This document shows positions 41,201 to 53,200 of a DNA stretch of 64,000 nucleotides, piece after piece; positions within the stretch are counted from its first letter, which is position 1; every line of letters starts with the position of its first letter. The stretch spans positions 2,240,001 to 2,304,000 of the forward strand of contig CBDFLE010000005.1 of NCBI GenBank assembly GCA_965248925.1, in the 5' to 3' direction. This stretch comes from Candidatus Multivoradales bacterium (GTDB lineage: Bacteria > Acidobacteriota > Thermoanaerobaculia > Multivoradales > J023). A model generated the notes under the pieces. The model saw nothing but the letters and a program-made list of their open reading frames with translations, searched no databases and was not told where the DNA came from. Both the position numbers and the translations under genes were made by a program.

Positions 41201-44200
41201 CGTGACTCGAACTGGCGGCTCAGCGGCAGCTTGCCAGGCCTCTCGACCGCGGCCATCTCGGCTACCGGCAGCTCGCTGGCGGTGTCGTTCCACTCACCGA
41301 GCAGCTGCCGGCGCTCCGCCGCGCTGAGCAGCGGCAGCTGCGCCAGATCAGCGCCGAGGGCGGCGCCCGACAACCCAGCCAGCAGGGTCTCCAGGTGCCC
41401 CCAGAGACGCGCGATCGTAGTGTTGTCGAAAAGCTCGTCACTGTACTCGAGGAAGCCCTGAAGCCGATCTCCGTCAGGGGCCAGAAAGAGGCTCAGGTCG
41501 TAGCGCGAAACCCGGGTCTCGACATCCTCCAAGCGCACTTCGAGGCGGTCAAATTCGACCCCTTCGGCGGGCACGTTCTGCAGCGCGAGCATCACTTGGA
41601 AGAGGGGTGAGAAGCTCAAAGAGCGTTCCGGCTCAAGTTCCTCAACCAGCTTCTCGAACGGCAGGTCCTGGTGGGCCGAGGTCGCCAGGGTGACCTCGCG
41701 AACCTGCCCGATGAGGCCCAGGAAAGTCTGCTCAGCGAGACCCTGCAAACGAAAAACCAGGGTGTTGACGAAGCAACCGACCAGCGGCTCGGTTTCTAGC
41801 CGGGTGCGCCCGGCCACCGGCACACCGATCGACAGGTCGGCACTGCCGGAGTAGCGCGCCAGCAGAGTGCTCCAAGCCGCAAGCAGCACCATGAACAGGG
41901 TCCCTCGGTGCTGCCGCCCGAGGCTCTCCAGAGCGGCGGTGCGCGAGGCGTCGAGTTGGACTGGTAGGCTGGCGCCAGAATTGCTCTGCACTGCCGGCCG
42001 CGGCCGGTCTGTGGGTAGATTCAGCAGGGCTGGCGCGCCAGCCAACCGCGAGCGCCAAAACTCCAACTCATCGGTCAATGCCTGGCCTTGCAACCAGTCT
42101 TGCTGCCAGGCCGCGTAGTCGACGTATTGCACCGGCAGCTCGGCGAGCTGTGCTGAGCAGCCACGGCGGCGGGCTCCGTAGTGGGTGGCAAGCTCCCGCA
42201 GCAGCAAGCCGGTCGACCAGCCGTCGCCGACGATGTGATGCACATTGAGCAGCAGTGAGTAGTCCCGCTCGGCAAGCCGCAACAGCGCCGTTCGCAGCAG
42301 TGGGCCACGGCGCAGATCGAAACCGCGGGCCGCGTCGGCGGCCGCCAGGCGCGCCGCTTCGGACTCCGCCGAGGCGGCCCGCAGACCCACCAAGTCGATC
42401 ACTGGCAGGGCCACGGGCACCGGCCCATGCAGCCGCAGCCGCGGCGCCCCATCGGCCGGCTCGAAGGTCGAACGCAGCACTTCCTGGCGGGCAACAAGGT
42501 CTGAGAAAGCCTCCCTCAACGCGCCAATGTCGAGCACGCCGCCCATTCGCAGCCGTAACGGCAGGTTGTAGAGCGGGCTCTCAGGATCGAGCTGATCGAT
42601 GAACCAAAGCCGCCGTTGGGCAAAGGAAGCCGGCAACTCAGCCGACCTGGGCAGCCGTTCGATCGGTGCTGGCAGCGAGTCTCCGCCGCGGCCTCGGGCT
42701 ACCTCGACATAGGCGCTCAACGCACCGAGGGTCGGCAGCTCGAACAGCTTCAGCAACGGAATCTCGACCGCCAGTGTGGTTTGCAGCCGGGAGATCGCTC
42801 GGGTGGCGTGTAGCGAGTGGCCACCGAGCGTGAAGAAATCGTCTTCGACATGAATCCGATCGAGCCCGAGGACCTCCATCCAGATCGCGGCGACCATCTC
42901 TTCGGTCAGATTGCGCGGCAAGGTTCGCAGCCCGTCGGTGGTGTTCACTGCCACTTCGCGACTGGCCAGCGCCCGGCGATCCACCTTGCCACTGGTCAGC
43001 CGGGGCAGTTCGCCCAGCACCACGAAAGTGCTGGGCACTAAGCTGGGCGGTAGCTCGTGGGCAAGGTCCTGGCGTAGCTGGCGAGTGTCCAAAGCGGCCT
43101 GCGAACGGCCGACGACATAGGCCACCAGCGCCTTGTCGGCGCCAGCACCGCGAGCGACCACCGCGGCCCCCTCGATGGCGGGATGCTCAGCCAGCCGGGC
43201 CTCGATCTCCCCCGGCTCGATGCGTACCCCCCGCACCTTGACCTGCTGATCGGCGCGGCCCAAGTACTCCAGCCGACCGTCGGCCAGCCGGCGCGTCCGG
43301 TCACCGGTACGGTAGAGCCGGCCACCGGCACGCGGCGACCACGGGTCGGGAACGAAGTGCTCGGCGGTTAAGGCAGCGCGACCCTGGTAGCCCCGCGCCA
43401 AGCTCGGACCGGCGACGTAGAGTTCGCCAGCAGCCGCCGCCGGCAACGGCTCCAAACCGGCGTCCAACACCGACAAGCGCAGATTGCCCAAAGGCCGGCC
43501 GATCGGTACGATCTGCCCCGCCCCGGCCTGGCCCCGGCGACAGCGGTGGTGGCTGGCGTCGATCGCCGTCTCGGTGGGGCCGTAAAGGTTGATCAGCTCG
43601 GCGTCCAGCAGCGACTCGAAGCGCCCGCGCAGCGCCTCCGGCAGCGCTTCTCCACCGCTGAAGACCCACCGCAGACTGCCGCACGAAGCCGCCCCGACCT
43701 CCTCTAGCCAGACTTGCAACTGCGACGGAACCAGCTGCAGCACACTTACCCCGCGCGCCTCGATCAGCTGCCGTAGATAGGCCATGTCGCGATGACCACC
43801 GTCTCGCGCCAGCTCGACCGAGGCCCCCGCCAACAGCGGTGTCAGCAGCTCCCACATCGAGGCGTCAAACGACAACGGGGTCTTCTGCAGAACCCGGTCC
43901 TCAGCTTCCAGCGGATACTCCGACTGCATCCACAGCACCCGGTTGGCGATCGCCCGATGCGAAACCATCACCCCCTTCGGCCGGCCGGTCGAACCCGAGG
44001 TATAGATCAGGTAGGCCAGTTGCTCGGCCGTCACCGACACCGCGGTTGCCGCCCGCTGGCGACGCCCGGCAACCGCCTGGGAAAGCTCTATGACCGGCAG
44101 GTCACCGCTCAGTCCAGCGGTCTGTGGCCGCGTCGTCCAGGCCGAGTCGACCAGCAGCAGCGAGGTACCGCTGTCCTCGATCAGGTAGCTCAGCCGCGCC

Positions 44201-47200
44201 GCCGGATAGTCTGGATCCAGCGGCACGACGGTGCCACCGCCACTCAAGATGGCCAGCAGACCGGCCACCATCTCCGGCGAGCGGACGCTCGACAGGCCCA
44301 CCCGGGTCTCCGCCACCATGCCTCGCGAGCGCAGCGAGCCCGACAGCTGATCGACCCGCGACCAGAGCTCGGCGTAACTCCACGACACGGCGCCCTGCGC
44401 CACCGCCTGCAGACCGCCGCAATCAGCGCGCCGAGCGAGCAGCGGGCCGAGCAGCGAGTCGGCGCCGTAAGACACCGCCGTATCGTTCCAATCCCACAGC
44501 AGCTGATGCCGCTCGGCGCGACTCAGAATCCCCCATTGCGACGGCGCGACGACCTCTCCCGCCACCAGGTTCCGCAGCAAGGTCGTAAGGTGATCGAGCA
44601 GCCGGCCGATGGTGGTCGGGTCGAATCTTGCCGGGTCGTAGGCCGCCGTGAAGGCCAGCTCGGAGGTCCGGGCGGCACTGAGCACCAGCGGATAGTTGGT
44701 GCGCTCGAAGAACAGTAAGCGGCCCACACGGGGCGCCGCCTGGCGCTGCTCCATGAGCCCCACCAAGGGGTAGTTCTCGAACACCAACAAGCTCTCGAAC
44801 AACGGCTGATCCGCCGCCAAACCGCAGAGCTGTTGAATCTCGGCCAGGGGTGTGTGCTGGTGAGATCTCGCCTCGCTCTGGCCGGCCTGAACCCGCCTCA
44901 ACCAGCCGATCAAGGTCGCCGACGACGGTACTTCGAGACGCGCCGGAAGAGTGTTGATGAACACCCCGACCATCCGTTCTGAGTCCTCCACGGAAGCTTG
45001 GCGGCCGGCCGCCACGGTGCCGAAGACAACTTCTTGATGGCCGCTGTAGAGCGACAGCAGACGCGCCCAGGCGCTCTCGAACAGCGTGTTGAGGGTCAAG
45101 CGGTGCCGGCGGACCAAGTCGTCCAAGGCTGCCGCCAGTCGAGCCGGCAGCACCAGCCGCTGCTCGGCCACCCGCGAGCTGGCCTCTGTCAGCGACGCTG
45201 GACGGTCGATGCCGAGGGGAGTCGGTGCATCGAAACCGCTCAATCGCCGACGCCAGTATGCCAATGACGGTGCCGCTTGCCGACCCTGCAACCAACGCAG
45301 ATGGCCGCTTGGCGAGGGCGCCGCCGACAGCCCGGCGGGGCGCCCTTCGATCAAGGCGTCATAGAGCTCGAACAGCTCTCGAATCACCAGCGCCACCGAC
45401 CATCCATCGAGCAGCAGATGGTGAAAGCTCCAGATCAGCCGCTGCCGGCCTGCGCCGAGCTCGATCATCGCCAGGCGCCAGGCCGGACGGCGGGAGAGGT
45501 CGAAACCACGCTGGCGCTCGGCGACCATCAGCGCCGCGACCCGCGAATCCTGCTCCACCGCCGGCAGGGCACTCCAGTCGAGGACCTCGGCGCTGGCCTG
45601 GTGCTCAGGCAGCACCGCCACCAGCGGTCGCTCGAGTCCCTGCCACAGCAGCAGCGCTCGCAACATCGGATGGCGACTGGCGATCTGCCCCCAGGCCTCG
45701 AGCAAGACCTTGGAGTCGAGCTCGCCGAGCAGCTCACAGCTCATCTGCTCGGTGTAGAGATCGGAAGCCGGCGCCGCCAAGGCGTGAAACAGCATGCCCT
45801 CTTGGGTCGGGGTCAGCGGCAGCAGGTCTTCGATCTCTCCAACCGTCGTCCGCAGCTCATCCAGAGCTGGCTGATCGAGGTCGGCGAGGGGGAAGTCCGA
45901 GGGGGTGAAGCCGCGGTTGGCCGGCTTCGAGCAATGGTCGATCCAGGCGCCCAGCCGGCCGATGAAATCGTTCGCCAGGCTGCCGATCGTCTGCCGTCGG
46001 TGGGCACCTCGAGAGAACTCCCAATCCACCAGCAAGCGACCCTCGCGCACCTTGACGCTGATCTCCAACAGATGGCTGCGCTGCTGCCGGCGACTACGCT
46101 CGGCCGGCTGCTCCTCGGCAATCAACTTCAGCATATCGGTTGAGCCAATCACGCCATCGAGTTGACCGAGATAGTTGAACAGCACTTCGGCGCTACCCTT
46201 GTCTACCACATCCTCGCCGTCGCTGAGATAGCGCAGCATGCCCCAGCCCCGACCTTGATCCGGCACCGCTCGCAGCTGCTCCTTCACCTGCTTCAGATGA
46301 GCGCCGCCGGCGCTGACCTCGCCAAGCTCCAGGCGTAGCGGGAAGAGGCTGGTGAACCAGCCCACGGTACGCGCCACATCTAGCTTGGCCAGACCGTCGA
46401 ATTGGCGGCCATGACCCTCCAGATCGATCTTCACCGCGCGGTCGCCGGACCAGGCGGTGAGGGTCTCCGCCAAAGCGGTGAGCAGGATCTCCTGAACGTC
46501 CGTTCGATAGGCCCGTGGTGCCTGCTCAAGCAGCGTTTGAGTGCTCTCGACCGGCAATTGGACGCGCACCACCTCGGCCTCGCCAACCGTTCCTCGGCCG
46601 CCGTCGATATCCACCGGCAGCGGCCGGCTCGGCCGGCTAGCGTGGCGCCAATAGTCGACCTCGGCGACCCTCGCTTCTGCACCGGCGGTCGCCATCAGGT
46701 GCTCCACCCAGGTCTGATAAGAGGTGGTCGGCGGCAGCGGTGAGGGCTGGCTTCCGGCCTCGAGCTGACCGTAGGTCCTTTCCAGGTCCAGCACCAGCAA
46801 ACGCCAGGAAACGCCATCCACCACCAGGTGGTGGGCGATCCACAGCAGCCTCCCTGGCTGCTCGCCGTGGTCCAGCAGCAACCAACGCACCACCGGTCCA
46901 ATGCTCAAATTGAGGCTGGCTTGAGCTCGGCGAACCAGGCGATCGCGAGCCACAGACCGGTGGCCCTGGCGCAAATGGCTCAAGTCGATCCGGGTCCAGG
47001 GCAGCGTCGAATCGGGCGCCGAGCAATGCTGGCGCCAGCGCCCGCCGCGATCCTCAAACCGCAACCGCAAGGCATCGTGCCGACGCAGCATCAACCGCGC
47101 CGCTACCGCCAGGCGAGCGGGGTCGAGAGCTGTTGGCGTGGCCAGCAAGAGAGCCTGATTGAAATGCCAAGGCTCGGCCGGTTGCTGCTCGAAGAACCAC

Positions 47201-50200
47201 TGCTGAATCGGACTCAGCGGGACCTCGCCACGCATCGGCGCGGCTGCTGCCATCTCACCCTCTGTCAGCTCACTTTCGAAGCTGCCCAGGCGAGCGAGCT
47301 CGGCGATGGTCGGCGCCTGAAAAACGTCCTGAGCACCGAGCCGCAACCCCTCGGCGGCCGCCTGAGCGACCACCTGAAGAGAGAGGATCGAGTCGCCACC
47401 GAGGGCGAAGAAATCATCGTGGATGCCGACTCGCTCAACCCCTAGAGCGGCGGCCCACAAGCGGCTCAAGCACTTCTCGGCCGCGGTTCCGGCCGCGACG
47501 TAGGCCGACTCAAACTCGCTGCCGCGGGAGTCCGGCGCGGGCAGAGCCTGGCGATCGAGCTTGCCGCTGGCATTGAGCGGTAGCTGTCCAAGGAAGGTGA
47601 AAGTCGCCGGGATCATGTGGCCGGGAAGGCACTGGCCCAGATGCTCCCGCAACTCGGCGATACCCTCGCGAAGGCCTACCACATAAGCATCGAGCCGGCT
47701 CTCGCCCGCTTTTGTGGCGCCGACCGCGGCCGCGGCGGCGGCCACCCTTGGGTAGTTTTCCAAAGCAGCTTCGATCTCACCCAGCTCGATGCGAAATCCT
47801 CGCAACTTGACCTGATGGTCGAGTCGGCCGAGATACTCGATCGAGCCATCGGCCCGATAGCGCGCCAGATCACCGCTGCGGTAGAGCCGCTGCGCTGGCG
47901 GTTGCTGAGCTAGAGGGTCGGGGACAAAAGTCCTAGCGGTCAGTGCTGGCCGCTGCCGATAGCCACGGGCCAGCGCGACGCCACCAATGCACAGCTCGCC
48001 GGCAACCCCGACCGGCACAGGCCTCGCCCGCCGGTCGAGCAAGCGGATTCGCACGTTGTCGATCGGCCGCCCGATCGGCACCATGCCCTGGTGATCAGCA
48101 GCACCACAGCGCCGAGCGGTGACATCCACCGCCGCTTCGGTGGGACCATAGAGATTGTGCAGCGGAGCCTTGAGGCGGCGGTCTGCCCGGCGCACCAGGT
48201 CCGCGGTCAGCGCCTCCCCGCTGCAGATCACCTGGCGCAGGATGCCCTGGGTCTTCTCGACCCCCGCAGCGAGCAGGAAAACGCGCAGCAGCGAAGGAAC
48301 GAAATGGATCGTGGTGATCCGCTGCTCGATCAAGGCCGACACCAGGTAGGCAGAATCACGGTGACCACCAGGGCGCGCCATCACCACCGTCGCACCGCAG
48401 AGCAGTGGCCAGAAGAGCTCCCAAACCGAGACATCGAAACTGGTCGGAGTCTTCTGCAAGATCCGATCGCCGGGTATCAGGGCGAAGCGCGATTGGGTCC
48501 ACAACAGCCGGTTGACTACTCCCCGATGTTGATTCATCACCCCCTTCGGCCTGCCGGTCGAACCCGAGGTGTAGATCACATAGGCCAGGTTCTCGGGCAG
48601 TGCCCGCCGGTACTGACCACCGGGCTCGGCAGTAGCTGATCTGACGACCGGTTGATCGAGATCCTCGTCCAGCCGCAGCACCGGCACCGCGGCAGAGGGT
48701 AGGGCGCCGGCCAAGTCACTCTGCGCGACGACCAGCGATGCGCCGCTGTCTTCGATCATGAACAGCAAGCGCTCGGCGGGATAGTCCGGATCGAGGGGCA
48801 GATAAGCGGCGCCAGCCCGCAGAATCCCGACCAGGCCGATCAGCAGCTCGAGGGAACGCTCGGCGAGCACGCCGACCACCGACTCGGGACCGACGCCGCG
48901 CTCGCCCAAGTGGTCGGCCAGCCAACCGGCCCGCCGCCAGAGCTCGGCGAAGCTCAGGACGCCAGAATCAGCGACGACGGCGATGATGTCGGGGCCGCGC
49001 GCGGTGTTTCGCTGGATGAGCTCGGTCAACGTCTGATCTGCCGAGGCGTAGGCCACCGCGCTGTCCGCCCACTCGACCAGCAGCTGCTGGCGCTGCGCCC
49101 GGTCGAGGATGGGCAGAGAAGCAACCGGCTGTCGGGGCGCATCCAGGATGCCGACTAGCAGACTCTGCAACTGCTCGAGCCAGCGCAACACCGTCGTCGA
49201 ATCGTAGAGTGCCGTGCTGTACTCGGCCCACAGCAAGTCCCCCCCGGGTTGCCGCCGCAAACCAACGCTGAGGTCGAACTTGCTCTGCGGAGTCACCAGC
49301 TCCTCAACCGCGACCTCGGTCTCACCAAGCCGCAACAAGGCTGGTGGCTCTTCCAACAACAGCATGATTTGAAAGAGGGGGTTGCGACTTCGGTCGCGAC
49401 TCAGATCGAGGCTCTGAACGAGCAGCTCGAAAGGCACATCCTGGTGCGCGTCAGCTTCTAGCACCGATCGCCGGCTGAGCCGCAAGAGATCGAGAAAGCT
49501 CTCACTACCTTCTACCTCAAGGCGCATCACCTGGGTATTGACAAAGACCCCCAGAAGCCTCTCGCTCTCCAGCCGGTTGCGATTGGCGACGGCGGTACCA
49601 AGGCGCTGATCCTGTTCGCCGGTAAGGCGGAAGAGGAGCACCTGAAAAGCTGCCAGCACCGTCATGAACAGCGACCCACCATGGGCCTGGCCAAAATGTT
49701 CAAGAGCCCGGAGATCGATCTTCGTCAAGTGCCTCTCGACCCGGCCGCCAGCGAAGTCAAAAGTCGCCGGTCGAGGCCGATCACCGGCGAGCTCGACACC
49801 GCTGCCACTGCCGGCAAGCTGCTGGCGCCAGTAGCGGATCTGGGATTCGTAGACCCCATCCTCGAACCAGCGCCGCTGCCAGCCGGCGAAATCCTGATAG
49901 TTGATCGCCGGCCGCCCCAGGCTGGGCCGATGGCCGGCGGCGAGGTCACCGTAGGTCGCCGCTAGTTCGCTCAGCAGCAGGTCGATGGACCAGCCGTCGG
50001 CAATGATGTGGTGCAGGCAGACCGCCAACCCCACACCCTCCGCCCCGAGATCTAGCCACAGCGTCCGCAGCAGCGGCCCACGGCGCAAGTCAAACCGCCG
50101 GCTGGCGAAGCTCCGAGCCAGCGCCGCGAGTTCCACTTGCCGATCGGCGGCGCCGAGATGGTCGAGATCGACCCGTGGAGTGCAGTGAGCGGTCAGCCCC

Positions 50201-53200
50201 ATAACCTGCTGCGCGGCTTTGCCGTGATGCTCGACAAAACAAGTGCGGAGCAGGGTTTGGCGGCGCGCGATCTCGGTCAATGCGGCATCCAACAAGCGCC
50301 GCTCCAAGACCCCCGCGGCGAGGCGCAACAGCGATGGCATGTTGTAGGCGGCGCCACAGCCGGGAAGGTGGCTCAAGAACCACAAGCGCTGTTGCGGAAA
50401 CGACAGCGGCCAAGGCCCGGAGCCCTCGATCGGAGTCAAGGGCAACCGGGTCGGTCCGGCGGCGACCTGCGCCTGCTCGATGACTTCAGCTAAGCGGTAG
50501 AGTTCGGGGGCTTCGAACAACGCCCGCAGCGGCAGCTCGACGCCAAACTCCTCGGCGATCCGCGAACTGACTTGGGTGCCGAGCAGGGAATGTCCACCGA
50601 GGGCAAAGAAATCGTCGTTCCTGCCGACCTCGCCTCTGCCCAGAACCTCGCCCCAGATCCGACCCAAGCGCTGCTCAGTAACAGAGGCGAACTCAGCGCT
50701 CCGGCCCACCTGCCAACGGGGCACCGGCAGCGCCGCCCGGTCGATCTTGCCACTGCGGGTTAGCGGTAGCCGCGGCAGCTCCACCCAGGCCGCCGGCAGC
50801 ATGTACTCGGGCAACGTTTTGGCCAGCCTCTGGCGCAGCTCGGCGAAACTCGGCAGCGGTTGCCGGGGCACCAAATAGGCTGCCAAACGCCCCGCTCCAC
50901 GGGGATCCTCCAGCAGCACTACAACCGCCTCACTGACCTCTGGCAAGGCGGCACAGGCGGCTTCGATCTCTCCCAATTCGATGCGGAAGCCGCGGAGCTT
51001 GACCTGCTGGTCGAAGCGACCCAGAAACTCCAGCTGACCGTCGCCGCGATAGCGCGCCAGGTCACCGGTCCGGTAGAGGCGCTCACCCGGATGAACAGAG
51101 AATGGATTGGCGACGAAGCTGCCGGCAGTCAGTCCGGGCCGACCGAGATAGCCTCTGGCCAAGCCAACCCCTGACAGGCAAAGTTCGCCGATCGCTCCAG
51201 GCAGCGCCGCCTGCAATGCACCATCCACCAAAAAGACCCGAGTATTGCTCAGCGGCCGGCCGATCGGCGGCTGCACCCCGGCAGCCAAGTCGCGGCCGAC
51301 CCGACCGGCAGTCGCATTGACAGTGCATTCCGTTGGTCCATAGATGTTGTACGTGGGGATGTTCCATGGCAGAGCCCCCGGCAATCGCAACCGATCACCG
51401 CCGGTGGTGAGGGCCCGCAACATCCCCTCGCTTGGCCACTCGAAGTCGCACAAGCGCTCCATCATCGGCGTCGAGACATCGCTGATTTGAATGCGCTCTT
51501 CGACCAACCAGCGGCGCAACTCGCCAGGTGCCAGACGAATCTCGTCCGCTGGCAGATGCAGGCTGGCGCCAGCGGCCAGATGACACCAGAGCTCGCCCAC
51601 GGCGACATCGAAAGCCGGTCCAGCCAACTGAGCCGCCCGATCTCCCGGCTGGATCTGGAAAGTCCGCTGATACCAATGCACCAGGTGTTGCAGACTGGCG
51701 TGGCTCACCCCGACCGGCTTAGGCCGGCCGCTCGAGCCCGAGGTGTAGATCACGTAGGCCAGTGACTGGCGAGGAATCCGCACGCTGTTGCCAACACCAT
51801 GGGTGCTGGCCGGCATGGGCTCGTCCAGATTCACCACCTGAGCGCCGCATTCCGCCAGCCGCCCGCCAGCCGAACCGTCACTCAGCACCAACTCCACGCC
51901 AAGGTCTTCGACCATCCAAGCCAGCCGCCGCGGGGGCAATTTCGGATCCAGCGGCAAATAAGCGGCGCCAGTCTTTAGAATGGCCAAGGCGCCGACCACC
52001 ATCGCGGCGGAACGATCAGCCAGTAGACCAACGCAAGTTTCGCTGCCGGCGCCCAGCGCGATCAACCGTCGTGCCTGGGCCGCGGACGCTTGCAGCAACT
52101 GGCCGTAAGTCAGCTGGCGCTGGCCGTCGTCGATAGCCAGAGCCTGGGGATCGCGGGACGCCTGGGCGGCGAGCAGTTGCGGCACGAGACCGGTGGCGGC
52201 ATAGCTCACCTGGGTGTCGTTCCACTCCACCAGCAGTTGCTGCCGCTGACTGGCGGTCAGTAGCGACAGCGCGCTCAGCACTGCCCGCGGCTTGGCCAGC
52301 ACTTCCTCCACCACCTGCAGCCAAGCGCCCAGGAAGCGTTGCGCGCTCGAGCGGTCGAACAGATCGGTGCTGAACTCCAGCTCCAGCCTCAGCCGGTCGC
52401 CAACCGGCGCCACTGAGAAGCACAGATCGAATTGCGCGCTACAGCCCTCGAGATCCACCGCCTTAAGTTCGAAGCCGGCGAACTCGATCTGGGAGCCGCT
52501 GGCGGCAAGCGAGAACTCGGCCAGCCCCTGACCAACACCGGGAGCCTCCTGTTGGAAGGCGAACATCGCCTGGAAAATCGGCGAGCGGCTGGCATCGCGC
52601 TGCGGCTGCAGGTCTTGAGCCAACAGCGCAAAAGGAAGAGCGGCGTGCTCGAGAGCCGCCAGCACCGTCGCCCGGGTTCTGCCGAGCAGTTCGGAGAAGT
52701 CCATGCCCGGCCCCAGCTCGGTGCGCAGCACCACGGGGTTGACAAAGTAGCCCACCAAACCCGCCAGCCCTGAGCCCTGCCCAGCCTCCCGGCCGGAGGT
52801 CGGCGAACCGATCAACGGCTCCGACGAACCCGTCAAGCGGCACAGCAAGACCTGAAAGGAGGCCAGCAAGGTCACGTACAAAGTCGCGGAATGGGCCCAT
52901 CCAAGGGCCTCCAAGGCCGCCGCCTGCCGCTCACCAAGCCAGCTCGCGACGGTCTCGCCGCGGAAGGTCTGGGCGCTCGGTCGCGGCCGATCAGCCGGTA
53001 ACCGCAAGTCGAAACCGTGACCGCCAAGTTGCTGACGCCAAAAGCGCCGCAAAACTTTGCCCTGGTCCGTTTGCAACAGCTCCCTCTGTTGCCGGACGCA
53101 GGCGGCGAACCAGCCCGCCGGCAACGGACTGTCTACGGCGGCGCCAGCCACTGTCCTACTACCCACCACGGCGAGGTAGAGCGCTTCGAGCTCGCGCAGC

